Shown piece after piece: positions 10,265-20,012 of a stretch of DNA of 64,000 nucleotides. Made by a program: the position numbers and the translations under genes. The DNA is from an uncultured candidate division WWE3 bacterium (lineage in GTDB: Bacteria > Patescibacteriota > WWE3 > UBA101185 > UBA10185), in NCBI GenBank assembly GCA_903879985.1, contig CAIRNR010000007.1, forward strand, positions 151,665 through 215,664, given 5' to 3'. Numbering within the stretch: the stretch's first letter is position 1; every line of letters starts with the position of its first letter. The notes below the pieces were generated by a model. It saw nothing but the letters and a program-made list of their open reading frames with translations, made no database searches and was not told the origin of the DNA.

Positions 10265-11395
10265 TTATTTATTTAACAAGCTTTTATACACATCTAAAGT
10301 CTGCTCAGCGGCCTTTTTCCAAGTATATGCTACCTTAATACTTTCATCAATTAACGGACGAGAGCGCGCTAACTCGATCTTTATAGCTGAAGCAATACTA
10401 TTGATATCGTCGGGTTCACAGTACGTTGCTAAATCACCCAAGTATTCTCGGGCACAGTCTCCGGCAGCGACTGCATTCGTACCTACATATAAAGCCTCTA
10501 AACTGGTTAATCCTGTAGATTCAAACCAACTTGCGGAGACACAAACTTTTGCAAATTTATAATACGAGGGCATATCAGTATAAGGCACATATTGAATGTG
10601 GTGAATCCATGGATTAGCCGCTACAGCCTTTTTAAAGTGGTAGTTATACTCCATGTGTTTGTAACCACCAGTTCGACCAATTAAGACAAGCTGTAAATCC
10701 TTTCCCGTTTCTTTTCGTAGTTGCTCCACGGCCTTAATAAGACTTAAGTGGTTTTTTCGAGGTTCAATTCGGCCAACACTAATAATGTAGTTTTCAAAAT
10801 CAAAAGGATTTTTGAAGTCCTGAGAATTAATAAACTGTTCGCCAACGCCGTTAACAACTTTTCTCCATTTAAAATCTACGCCATAGGTATCAAGCAAGTC
10901 ACGAGCTTCAACGTTTGTTTGAACTAAAACAACATCGGACATTTGCAAAGTTTCCCTAAGCATTTTCTTGAATCCGTAAAATATACTAAATAAAGTTGGT
11001 TTCAACTTTTCCCAACTTGTAATTGATCTATAAACGTTTTTAAAAACATCACGATTAAATTGGTCACTAAATAAGAGCTTGGCGACACGTCGATAATCAA
11101 AAACGTAGAAATCATCAAACTTTTTAACTTCAGAAACTTTGTGGTGAATTGGAGACAACACTAAAGGCACACCTGCAGAATCCTTAACCTTTTTAGCGTA
11201 GAAAAATATTTCAGGTGTCCAATCTAATTGAAAAGCGTGAACCAAGTCATAATCTTTTGGGTTAAAGTTTAAATCCGTTTTTATTTCTACATCTACGCCC
11301 AGCTTACGCAATTCGGCTGCAGTGTTTTCGATTTGGATTTTGTCTCCTCCACCAACTTTCATGAGTCCATAACGACCCAGCATTAATACTTTCAT
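10265..11395 (-). CDS. Glycosyltransferase family 4.
   Basis: MKVLMLGRYGLMKVGGG N-terminus and an ESTGLTSLEALYVGTNAVAAGD motif. Confidence 0.85.
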   Translation of the reverse strand: MKVLMLGRYGLMKVGGGDKIQIENTAAELRKLGVDVEIKTDLNFNPKDYDLVHAFQLDWTPEIFFYAKKVKDSAGVPLVLSPIHHKVSEVKKFDDFYVFDYRRVAKLLFSDQFNRDVFKNVYRSITSWEKLKPTLFSIFYGFKKMLRETLQMSDVVLVQTNVEARDLLDTYGVDFKWRKVVNGVGEQFINSQDFKNPFDFENYIISVGRIEPRKNHLSLIKAVEQLRKETGKDLQLVLIGRTGGYKHMEYNYHFKKAVAANPWIHHIQYVPYTDMPSYYKFAKVCVSASWFESTGLTSLEALYVGTNAVAAGDCAREYLGDLATYCEPDDINSIASAIKIELARSRPLIDESIKVAYTWKKAAEQTLDVYKSLLNK

Positions 11396-12537
11396 AAGGA
11401 CTCCGTATATAAATTAATGTAATTCTTTATAAAAATCTCCAAGCTAAATAAATCTTCAACACGTTGCTTGGATTCTGCTAATTTAACGCTACCTCCAGAA
11501 ATTTCTGGGAGTATCGCCACCATTTTGTCAGATAAATCTTCATCGTTTCCCACTGTAAAATATGTAACCAAATCGGAACCAACTTCCTTTAGTACCGGAA
11601 GATCGGAGCAAATGGTTGGAACTTCTGAATACATAGCCTCAGCAAGGACATAACCAAAACCTTCAGCTCGTGATGGAAAAACAAAGCAATTCATAGCTGA
11701 ATATAGCTTTACTAAATCTTCTTGTGCAAGAATTCCTGTTATTGTGACTTGATCTGAAATTTTTAAGTCTGCCGCCTGTTTATTTAATTGTTGATACAAC
11801 GCTCCTCCACCTGCGAGTAATAAGCGATAGTCATCACCATGAGAATTAATTTTTTGTAAGAACTTCGCAAATGCTTTAACCAAAACATCGTGACCTTTTT
11901 CTATTGTTAATCGACTGACAACTCCAAATATAAATGTTGTGTCAGGAATATCGTAGCGGTTTCTAATTAGTTTGTTAAACATGTTACGTTGCTCTTTTGT
12001 TGCACTAAAAGCTTTTGTATCTATTCCATTTGGAATTACCACTAACTTGTTATCCTCAATCCCCTCTTTAACTTTTGCAGAACGGGAATTTTGTGTAAGA
12101 GCAATTTCTTTTGTTGAAAAATTATTTACGAAAAATGCGTAGCCTTTGGTTGTAAGAAACTTTTTTAATGAACTTATTTGCCATTCGGATATTGGTGTGT
12201 GAGTGTGACTAATCCGAACTTTTGTTCCTGCCACCTTTGCCGCAATTAGCGAGTTTACTACCGCCTTAAGCTCGTTGGCGTGTATAACATCTATTTTATT
12301 TTCTTTTAAAAACTTGGAAAGCTTAAAAATATACGCTAAATCAAAATCGGAATTAATTGTGTGTATTTCAACCGTGGCACCAGCCTCTTGATACATGGGA
12401 ACTATTTCCCCGTCAGGGCACCAAACGTAAACTTCGTTACCAGCTTCAACCATACCTTTCACTAAATATCTAACGTAATGTTCCATTCCACCTGGTTTTC
12501 CTGAGTTTAGTGTATAAAGAATTTTCATATAACTCAC
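11392..12537 (-). CDS. Glycosyltransferase family 4.
   Basis: MKILYTLNSGKPGGMEHYV N-terminus and an EGFGYVLAEAMYSEVPTICSDLPVLKEVG motif. Confidence 0.85.
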   Translation of the reverse strand: MSYMKILYTLNSGKPGGMEHYVRYLVKGMVEAGNEVYVWCPDGEIVPMYQEAGATVEIHTINSDFDLAYIFKLSKFLKENKIDVIHANELKAVVNSLIAAKVAGTKVRISHTHTPISEWQISSLKKFLTTKGYAFFVNNFSTKEIALTQNSRSAKVKEGIEDNKLVVIPNGIDTKAFSATKEQRNMFNKLIRNRYDIPDTTFIFGVVSRLTIEKGHDVLVKAFAKFLQKINSHGDDYRLLLAGGGALYQQLNKQAADLKISDQVTITGILAQEDLVKLYSAMNCFVFPSRAEGFGYVLAEAMYSEVPTICSDLPVLKEVGSDLVTYFTVGNDEDLSDKMVAILPEISGGSVKLAESKQRVEDLFSLEIFIKNYINLYTESL

Positions 12538-12548
12538 CTAACGTATAT

Positions 12549-13754
12549 TTATGCGTTCAATTTTTCAAAAATATAACCTAGCATTGTGTTTACTTTAGTT
12601 CCCCAGTCATTTTGCCTGGCTACTGCCTGACGAGCTGCAACTTTTTCAGCCGAGTTTTCTTCTATAGCATTTCTAATATTATGAGAAAATTCGTTATAAC
12701 TTTTTGAAATGTAGCAAACGCTTGAAAATGGTGTATATGCTGGAAGGTCTGTTACAACAACTGGTATACCTGCTGCAAGTTCCTCGTGGAATTTAACAGG
12801 GAAACAACCACCGACTGTGTAGTCATTAAGTTGATAAGGAATAATCATTACATCAAATCCTGCTAAATAATTTTGCAATACTGAAAAATCTTTTGTACCT
12901 AGGAAATAAATGTTTTTAAAGCCATCTAACCCAAGTTGCTTTAAATCAGCCTCTCTATCTTTAAGAGCCATAGGTCCGATAATTACAAAAGAATAACCTG
13001 GATAATCTCCAGCTATTTTCTTAAATAATTCTCTATCAAACTTATATTCATCAATTGCGCCAGTGAAACCAATTCTAGGCGAAGGAATATTTGCTAAATC
13101 GTCAGGTAGATCTTTAATTAACAACGTGTCTTTAAACTTTTCAAAGTCACCCACGTTTGGCGTGTAATATGTGTTTGAATTATATTTTTTAAGTCGCGTG
13201 ATTAAACCTGGAGCTGTTGAAAAAACAATATTAGCTCTGGTGGCCAACATCTTTTCGGTGCGCACAATTTTATCTTTTTTAGCGGGAGTATCGTATCGTG
13301 GAAAACCTGCGTAATTATCAACACAATCGTAAACCAAGAAATCATGCTTAACATATTTTAAATAATCTTCTAATCCTTCGATTTCTACATGGTAAACCCA
13401 TAAAACTGTTTTGCAGTTTTTGTCGAAAAATTGTGAAGCTAATAAATTTATGTAACGTGCGTGCCATTTTGCTAATTTGTCGCGTGTAGGTAAACAATCT
13501 AACGGAGAATATATGTGCAAACCACTATCTTTCATCACTTGTGTGATTAATCTAAAAAATGACCACTGACCTTTGAACAATTGCCTGAAAAACAATCTTC
13601 CGGTGGTTATTGGTGGATCTACAAACAAAACATTGTAACCCATTTTGGAAAGCCTGCTCATGACATGCTTTTTGTTTGTCCATAAAGGATATGTCCATAT
13701 TTGGTTTGATAGACAAATTACATTAAGTTTTTTTGGATTCGATTCAACGCTCAT
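12549..13754 (-). CDS. GT-B fold glycosyltransferase (GT4-like).
   Basis: Rossmann-like halves and a C-terminal GGCFPVKFHEELAAGIPVVVTD motif. Family assignment is less certain. Confidence 0.65.
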   Translation of the reverse strand: MSVESNPKKLNVICLSNQIWTYPLWTNKKHVMSRLSKMGYNVLFVDPPITTGRLFFRQLFKGQWSFFRLITQVMKDSGLHIYSPLDCLPTRDKLAKWHARYINLLASQFFDKNCKTVLWVYHVEIEGLEDYLKYVKHDFLVYDCVDNYAGFPRYDTPAKKDKIVRTEKMLATRANIVFSTAPGLITRLKKYNSNTYYTPNVGDFEKFKDTLLIKDLPDDLANIPSPRIGFTGAIDEYKFDRELFKKIAGDYPGYSFVIIGPMALKDREADLKQLGLDGFKNIYFLGTKDFSVLQNYLAGFDVMIIPYQLNDYTVGGCFPVKFHEELAAGIPVVVTDLPAYTPFSSVCYISKSYNEFSHNIRNAIEENSAEKVAARQAVARQNDWGTKVNTMLGYIFEKLNA

Positions 13755-13801
13755 AGTATAAGGCTAACCACTATTATACATGTTATGAAAAGGAAATACT
13801 C

Positions 13802-15169
13802 CTATAAGCAGGTAGGACAAGCTTTACGCAATAAATGTAGTTTAACCAGTATTCGGCGGGCATAAAACACAAACTCACTATCTTTTATTGACCATAACCA
13901 CCCGATATTTGTGTAACCACGGTCGTAAGCGGCATGCCAAATACCATCAAAGTAAACAAGGCCCGTAAGTTCTATTAAAACAGACGTGACTATGCACGTG
14001 AAAAAGATTTTTTTTGTTATTTCGTATAATGGGGAATTTATGTAAGGTATTAGCAAAAGTACCAAATAAGGTATTACATCAGAGCTTAAACGGTAGCCGT
14101 AAGACCAACCACCAAACCAGTATTTCCAAAAACTTATAACAAGAGTATGTAAAACGATAATAATCGTAAACAGGATATTTAGTAAGGATTTAGACTTAAG
14201 TGCTCGCCATGCACCAACAAGGGAAAACACAAATACTGGTGAATAAACTAATATGCCTTTGCTGGGCGAGATCCATACACCAAAGAAACTTACAGGAAAA
14301 GTATCCACCCAGTTTTTAAATAACTGATTGGCATAACCTTGATTTTCAACACTTTTATAAAAGATCCCGTTATAAATAACAAAAAATAAAACATTGAGCA
14401 AAACGCCTATACTAAAAGCCGAATAACTTTTTAATAACTTCTGAGGTTGTTTAAATTCCAACATTCCGATGTAAAGACCTACCAATATAATTGTTAATGC
14501 TGCAGTTGGACGCGAGAGTGCTGCCAAACCAAAGAACAAGCCGCTTAAAAATAAATGTTTATACGAAAAAGATTGCTGTGTATAAAATAATAGAAAATAT
14601 AAACCTAATATTGAAAACAGCTGCAATGCGCCATGCTGCCATAAGGCCTGCGAAATCATTGCGAAGTTAACAGTGCCAAACAAATAAATCCCCGTAAGCA
14701 TTAATGATTTTTTTGAATCAAGCTTAAATATATCTTTAAGAAGTAAATAAAAAAATCCACCGGCAAATGCTAAAATCAGCGAACCCGACAGGTGACCAAG
14801 AATAGCCAAAGTATTCCAGGTAAACGATACGTGCAATAAAACAGGTAAAATATAAACTGGTAAGGCCAACAAAGAAATAATTAATGGAAACGCCGACACA
14901 TAATGAGTATCAACTTTTCTTAAGTAATACGGTGTTAAACCAAGAGATTGATCCATATCAGCAGTATTTGGGTATTCCTTAATCATCATGTTGTAATATT
15001 CATCCAAATAAAGGTTACCGTGTTCTAATATTGAAATTGGAGTAAACAATGCAGGAACAGTATCCTGTGATTGAATTGGCAACGAATTAATTCCCAGTTT
15101 AAACAAAATAAGCCAAGGAACAAAAAATAAAACGGTTGAAATAATTATAATTTGCCAAAATCTTTTCAT
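13802..15169 (-). CDS. Polytopic membrane protein, GT-C-like or polymerase-like (10 or more TM segments).
   Basis: Highly hydrophobic 455-aa protein. The GLAALSRPTAAL segment resembles GT-C/PMT-type loops. Confidence 0.5.
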   Translation of the reverse strand: MKRFWQIIIISTVLFFVPWLILFKLGINSLPIQSQDTVPALFTPISILEHGNLYLDEYYNMMIKEYPNTADMDQSLGLTPYYLRKVDTHYVSAFPLIISLLALPVYILPVLLHVSFTWNTLAILGHLSGSLILAFAGGFFYLLLKDIFKLDSKKSLMLTGIYLFGTVNFAMISQALWQHGALQLFSILGLYFLLFYTQQSFSYKHLFLSGLFFGLAALSRPTAALTIILVGLYIGMLEFKQPQKLLKSYSAFSIGVLLNVLFFVIYNGIFYKSVENQGYANQLFKNWVDTFPVSFFGVWISPSKGILVYSPVFVFSLVGAWRALKSKSLLNILFTIIIVLHTLVISFWKYWFGGWSYGYRLSSDVIPYLVLLLIPYINSPLYEITKKIFFTCIVTSVLIELTGLVYFDGIWHAAYDRGYTNIGWLWSIKDSEFVFYARRILVKLHLLRKACPTCL

Positions 15170-15178
15170 AGGTTAAAA

Positions 15179-16375
15179 CTAACTAGACAAGTGCAAAAGA
15201 ATTGTAACACTATCCTGAATTATAAATTTAGCTACCTGTAAGCGTGCCACAATACCCGCGCGCTTTTTTGAAACTTCCAAATAATAAGTTTGGTACTTGC
15301 CGAAGATGTTGTCCCAATTAAACTGTTGCGCTCTTTCCAAACCTTTTTTCTTCATTTGAGAAAGTAAGTGGGAATCGCCGGTAAGTTTTAATGTTTTTTC
15401 GGCAAGATCAGTTGCGTCTTTTGGCGGTATCAACTCTCCTACGCCTCCCACAATTTCTGGATTTGAAGACACGTTAGTAGTTAGAATTGGTAAGCCACAG
15501 GCCATAGCTTCTAAATAAACCCAACCAAATCCTTCATGCAATGTGGGCAACACAAAAAGATCGGCCAGATTATAATACTTTGGCAATAAATCACCTGTGT
15601 TCGAAATTGAACCAACAAGTTTCACATAATCTTCTAAATTATATTTTCGGATTAAATCGTTTAACAACGCACGTTCAACGCCGTCACCAATAATCAAAAA
15701 CACTATATCCGTAACATGCTTTTGGTTAACAATAATATTTGCTGACTCAATTAAAGTAGATAAATTTTTTCGCGGATCCAAGCGACAAACCGTTAAAATA
15801 ACTTTTTTATTTTCCAGAGCGTATTCATGACGTAAATCTGAAACAGCCCAGCCGGGCTTAAACTTTTGTAAATCGAAACCTTTTGGTATTATCTCGGCAC
15901 TATAACCATGTTTTAAGCATTGCTCATTCATAAACTTAGAAATCTGGATAACTCCATCGGCGCGCTTCCCTTCTACAAGTTCAAAGAATTGATCACCGGC
16001 CATAACCATAACGTAAGGAATTCCAAACAACAGCTTTATAAAGCGTGCGAGGTAAGCTTCCAAAGAAAAATGTACGGAAATTAGGTCAAATCTTTTGTGA
16101 TCCAACAAATACATTTTTAGAAATAGGAAGAAGCACTTTATATTAAACAACAACGCAAAAATAATTCCAAAAGCTGAATAACTGTAATAACTTTTTGGGG
16201 CTGACACAAAACGCAAATCAACTTTATCTTTTACAAAATCCAGCTTATCGCCAACAGTCGTAATTACTGTAACTTCGTCGCCATGTATAGAAAACTGGGA
16301 TATTAATTCTTTTATGTGAGTTTCGTTTCCACCCTCGTTATAGCCAACCCAACGATTTATAAAAAGTATTTTCAT
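15179..16375 (-). CDS. Glycosyltransferase family 4.
   Basis: MKILFINRWVGYNEGGNETH N-terminus and an EGFGWVYLEAMACGLPILTTNVSSNPEIVG motif. Confidence 0.85.
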   Translation of the reverse strand: MKILFINRWVGYNEGGNETHIKELISQFSIHGDEVTVITTVGDKLDFVKDKVDLRFVSAPKSYYSYSAFGIIFALLFNIKCFFLFLKMYLLDHKRFDLISVHFSLEAYLARFIKLLFGIPYVMVMAGDQFFELVEGKRADGVIQISKFMNEQCLKHGYSAEIIPKGFDLQKFKPGWAVSDLRHEYALENKKVILTVCRLDPRKNLSTLIESANIIVNQKHVTDIVFLIIGDGVERALLNDLIRKYNLEDYVKLVGSISNTGDLLPKYYNLADLFVLPTLHEGFGWVYLEAMACGLPILTTNVSSNPEIVGGVGELIPPKDATDLAEKTLKLTGDSHLLSQMKKKGLERAQQFNWDNIFGKYQTYYLEVSKKRAGIVARLQVAKFIIQDSVTILLHLSS

Positions 16376-17124
16376 TTTTCAGTTTTAGCAACTACATGAA
16401 AAACATCAGGTGCATTTAAATATGTTTCTTTGGTAATTTTGTTTTGGCGCAAATCCGCAAATTCATAACCTGCGTTATTTAACAAATCGTAAATTTCCGG
16501 CCAGATTTTAGAGCTATGCACCTCAATTAAAAATTTCGGATGATCTTTTGCAATAATTTCTTTGGCACCAATTAGCAATTTATATTCGTAACCTTCAACG
16601 TCAACTTTTATGAAATCAACTTTGGAAAGGTGGTTCTCGTTAACAACGGTATCCAATGTTTTAACATGAAAAATAGTCTCATTTTTTTTAGAATAATTTA
16701 CAAAACCTGAGTCCATAAAGTTAGCCATATTGGAATCGTCAAATGTATGCGCGGTTGCCTCCGAGTTTGAATCACCCAAGGCATATGCACCAGTCTTAAT
16801 ATTCTCAAAACCATTAGCCTTTGCGCTATTATCAACACAAACACAGTTAGGGTCAATTGCTAAAACAAATCCTCCTTTACCGACAATCTTTCTTAATACT
16901 AAAGCGATGTAACCAATATGGCATCCGGCATCAATACAAACGTCGTCAGCGTTAACCACGTGATTAAGTGCGGTAACAACTTCTGGTTCGTATGTACCAA
17001 GAATCTTTTTAATACCGTGCCTTGGTGCCATATAAATGTTCAAACCTTTTAACGTTCCTGACATCACCCTAAATATACGTGGAGCCACAAAGAATTTTCT
17101 AAAAAAGTCATTTAGTATGTTCAT
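16372..17124 (-). CDS. FkbM-family SAM-dependent methyltransferase.
   Basis: VCIDAGCHIGYIALVL...FVLAIDPN matches the FkbM methyltransferase domain pattern. Confidence 0.7.
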   Translation of the reverse strand: MNILNDFFRKFFVAPRIFRVMSGTLKGLNIYMAPRHGIKKILGTYEPEVVTALNHVVNADDVCIDAGCHIGYIALVLRKIVGKGGFVLAIDPNCVCVDNSAKANGFENIKTGAYALGDSNSEATAHTFDDSNMANFMDSGFVNYSKKNETIFHVKTLDTVVNENHLSKVDFIKVDVEGYEYKLLIGAKEIIAKDHPKFLIEVHSSKIWPEIYDLLNNAGYEFADLRQNKITKETYLNAPDVFHVVAKTEK

Positions 17125-18278
17125 AAAGTCATTTCCTTGTAAATTTTTAAATGCATTTTTGCTACGTTATTCCAGCTTCTTCTTTCGGCCTTAGCTCGGG
17201 AGGCATTCTCAAAATTAAGTACCGCATCAGGATTTTTTTCAAGAAAACTAAAAGCCTGATCCCAATTGGCATTATCAACAACATAGCCGTCCAAATTATG
17301 AGTTACTTCTTCATTAAGATTAGGTACATCAGAGGCAACAACGCAACGTCCAAATCCCAGAGCTACAGACATTGGACCACTTGCAGCAATACTTATTTTA
17401 GCAGGAATTAAAAAAACATATGCTTCTGAAAAATATTTTTTAAGAGCATCCTCGTTTAAAAAACCAGTGTACATAACCTGAGAATCTAACCCCAAATTTT
17501 TCACCATATCCTTTACTTCTGAGTACGCAAATTCTTGTCCGGGAATTACTCCCCCGCCTAAGACAAGTTTAATTGGATTTTCCGATTCCTTTAAATACCG
17601 CGCATACCCAGTTAAAACATTTTCTAATCCTTTTCGTTTTGCTAAATATCCAAAGTAAAAAAAGTATTTCTTTTTTTGTTCTAAATCTGCGGGTGTTACA
17701 TTCTCAAAAACATTTACTCCGTGAGGAATAACCTCAATTTTCTTTGCGGAAACGTGGTAATTAGTAATTAGCAAATTTTTTATAAAATTAGTATGAACAA
17801 TAACTTTGTTTGAAAATAACCCAGTGAAGAAATTAATATACAAGAATACTAATTTGAGTAAACCTACAGGTATTTTAGAATCTTCACCTTTAAATGATTT
17901 TACAAAATCAGCATCAATCATTTTTAAGGGAACTCCTGCATGAATGGTTGTAATCACTTTAATTCCAAGCAAACGCGTTAGAAAAACTAACCATGGAAAT
18001 TGCAGAGCAGTTATTCCACCACCAAACATATTTATTTCGTGTTGGTAATGTACAACTGCGGGTCTAATTTTAATTAGCTGTTTTAATATTTGGAAAACAA
18101 ACATTGGGTTTTTGTCCCAAACCAAATTCACTTTGTCAGCAAATTCTAGTTTTTTGTTTTTAGGATCATTATCAGAAAATACTAACAAATCACATCCGTT
18201 TTCTAATAACCCATTGCTCAAAAACTGTGAGTAATTACTGAAAGGTTGTAATGTCGTAACCATAACTACTTTAGACAT
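17121..18278 (-). CDS. Glycosyltransferase family 4.
   Basis: GT-B architecture with a C-terminal ASGPMSVALGFGRCVVASDVPNLNEEV motif. Confidence 0.8.
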   Translation of the reverse strand: MSKVVMVTTLQPFSNYSQFLSNGLLENGCDLLVFSDNDPKNKKLEFADKVNLVWDKNPMFVFQILKQLIKIRPAVVHYQHEINMFGGGITALQFPWLVFLTRLLGIKVITTIHAGVPLKMIDADFVKSFKGEDSKIPVGLLKLVFLYINFFTGLFSNKVIVHTNFIKNLLITNYHVSAKKIEVIPHGVNVFENVTPADLEQKKKYFFYFGYLAKRKGLENVLTGYARYLKESENPIKLVLGGGVIPGQEFAYSEVKDMVKNLGLDSQVMYTGFLNEDALKKYFSEAYVFLIPAKISIAASGPMSVALGFGRCVVASDVPNLNEEVTHNLDGYVVDNANWDQAFSFLEKNPDAVLNFENASRAKAERRSWNNVAKMHLKIYKEMTL

Positions 18279-18343
18279 ATAGTTTGATTATACAAGCTCT
18301 ACGTAGATACTACATAATACTGCAAATGCCGTAACCCTATAGT

Positions 18344-18372
18344 TTGACCATATTTGAAATATAATATATAGT
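18344..18372 (+). promoter_or_regulatory. Sigma70-like promoter for the orphan ORF: -35 TTGACC (18344-18349), 17-nt spacer, -10 TATAGT (18367-18372).
   Basis: Read directly from the sequence. An AAGGAG Shine-Dalgarno lies at 18397-18402, with the ATG at 18411. Confidence 0.35.
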
Positions 18373-18410
18373 ATCCAAAAATCGGAATCTTATAAGAAAG
18401 GAGCAAACGA

Positions 18411-18740
18411 ATGGCTTTCCCAATAACCCCAAACAACAGCGTCAGAAGTATGACAGTTGAAAACGACGGTCCTGACAACGTACTCATCACAGTAAAGTAC
18501 GATAGCCGCTATGGTACAGGTGCAACGGTGTCCAAAGCTAAACTAGAACAGGTTTTGATGTCCAAAAAAGCTGTTATAGAAATTGGCGGGCCAACACTCT
18601 TGCGAATTATCCGCAAAATCGGAGACGGAAGACGCATCCCTACAACACTGTGGTTCTACTTTAAACCAGTAGAAAACAGCTATAACTTATGCGTTATTTG
18701 CGAACAGGATTTGAAAGATGCCCTAAAAGCCTGCAGCTAA
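18411..18740 (+). CDS. Hypothetical 109-aa cytoplasmic protein, an orphan with its own promoter, Shine-Dalgarno and terminator.
   Basis: ATG preceded by AAGGAG. GC is about 44% versus about 33% in the flanks. CVICEQD...KAC cysteines. No recognisable family. Confidence 0.6.
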   Translation: MAFPITPNNSVRSMTVENDGPDNVLITVKYDSRYGTGATVSKAKLEQVLMSKKAVIEIGGPTLLRIIRKIGDGRRIPTTLWFYFKPVENSYNLCVICEQDLKDALKACS

Positions 18741-18751
18741 TACACGCAATG

Positions 18752-18795
18752 ATACGGTATAAAGGATTAATTTCCCGAATACCGTATATTTTTTG
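18752..18795 (+). terminator. Intrinsic terminator-like hairpin (ATACGGTAT / ATACCGTAT, 9-bp stem) followed by ATTTTTTG.
   Basis: The inverted repeat lies 12 nt after the TAA stop of the orphan ORF and is followed by a T-run. Confidence 0.45.
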
Positions 18796-18830
18796 CTTAA
18801 ATTGGCTTTAATAGTATTATCAAAAGAAAT

Positions 18831-20012
18831 ATGAAAATACTTTACCTAATTAACGGACTAGGATTCTCCGATAACACAGGAATAGGTGGCGCAGATAAAC
18901 GCGCAGTAGAAATCGCACGACAATCAAACCAATTTAGCGTTTTAACCACTGCATCTGGATATAACTTATTTAAAAATAACGAAGGATTGGACACAACCTA
19001 TTACACAATAAACCAACCAAGCTTTTGGCCTAAGGGAATAAATAAAAATCTGATAGGGCGTATGCTTTCCTATATTTACGCAACTTTTGCATCACTTACA
19101 TATGCAAGTAAAGTAAAAAATTACGACATGTATTTTCCAAGCTCTGATTTTTTCTTTGACGTAATACCCGCTTATTTTTTTAAACTTGCTAATCACAAAA
19201 AGCTGGTTTGTGTGATTCATCATCATATTCAAAATCCATTTAAACGAAAAGGACCCTTGTTGGTTAATATGCTTCTTTTTTTACTGCAACAGCTTAGTAT
19301 TATTTTTTTAAAAGTCACAGCGGAAGCAATATTCTTATACGACACTCCAGAAGGACACTACATTGCTGAAAACTTGCTGAAAAGTTACAAAGGCAAAATA
19401 TTTTTTATGAAAAACGGCATAAGTGTTGAAGCAATTGATAGTGTTCCCACTCAAGAAAAGATTTACGATGCGTGTTTTGTCGGAGGAATAAGACCAAGCA
19501 AAGGTATCGCAGATTTTGTAAAGATTTGGAAAAGTGTAACCGCAGAGATTCCTAAAGCAAAATTTGCCGTTATAGGCGGTGGAAGTGAAGAAAATGTAAA
19601 CAAGCTTAAAGAGGAAATTTATCAGGCGGGACTGCAAGAAAATATTATTTTATTTGGACCACTTAGCGGAAGTGCTGTTTACAAAATTCTAAAGCAAAGC
19701 AAAGTTTTCATGTCCCCAAGTTACGAAGAAGGTTGGGGAATTGCCGTATGCGAAGCGATGTATTGCGAGCTACCGATTGTTTGTTATGATCTTCCCGCAT
19801 ACAAGGTGTTTGGCACGGGTTTGAAAAAGGTTGAGGTTGGAAATTACGAAGAGTTCGCTAAGAATATTCTGGCGTTGTTAAAAGATCCAAAGATGTCTTC
19901 AGAGATTGGCATCCAACTAAAAAATATAGCTGGAAATTTTACTTGGAAAAATATTGCAAAGGAGGATAGTGAATTCCTAAGTCAAATACTACAGGGTACT
20001 ATAATAGTATAA
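18831..20012 (+). CDS. Glycosyltransferase family 4.
   Basis: EGWGIAVCEAMYCELPIVCYDLPAYKVFG motif. Confidence 0.85.
   Translation: MKILYLINGLGFSDNTGIGGADKRAVEIARQSNQFSVLTTASGYNLFKNNEGLDTTYYTINQPSFWPKGINKNLIGRMLSYIYATFASLTYASKVKNYDMYFPSSDFFFDVIPAYFFKLANHKKLVCVIHHHIQNPFKRKGPLLVNMLLFLLQQLSIIFLKVTAEAIFLYDTPEGHYIAENLLKSYKGKIFFMKNGISVEAIDSVPTQEKIYDACFVGGIRPSKGIADFVKIWKSVTAEIPKAKFAVIGGGSEENVNKLKEEIYQAGLQENIILFGPLSGSAVYKILKQSKVFMSPSYEEGWGIAVCEAMYCELPIVCYDLPAYKVFGTGLKKVEVGNYEEFAKNILALLKDPKMSSEIGIQLKNIAGNFTWKNIAKEDSEFLSQILQGTIIV

Noticed and set aside
18299-18490. 63-aa minus-strand ORF in the divergent spacer.
   Set aside because: It overlaps the promoter, Shine-Dalgarno and 5' end of the better-supported plus-strand orphan ORF, and is hydrophobic low-complexity sequence with no translation signals.
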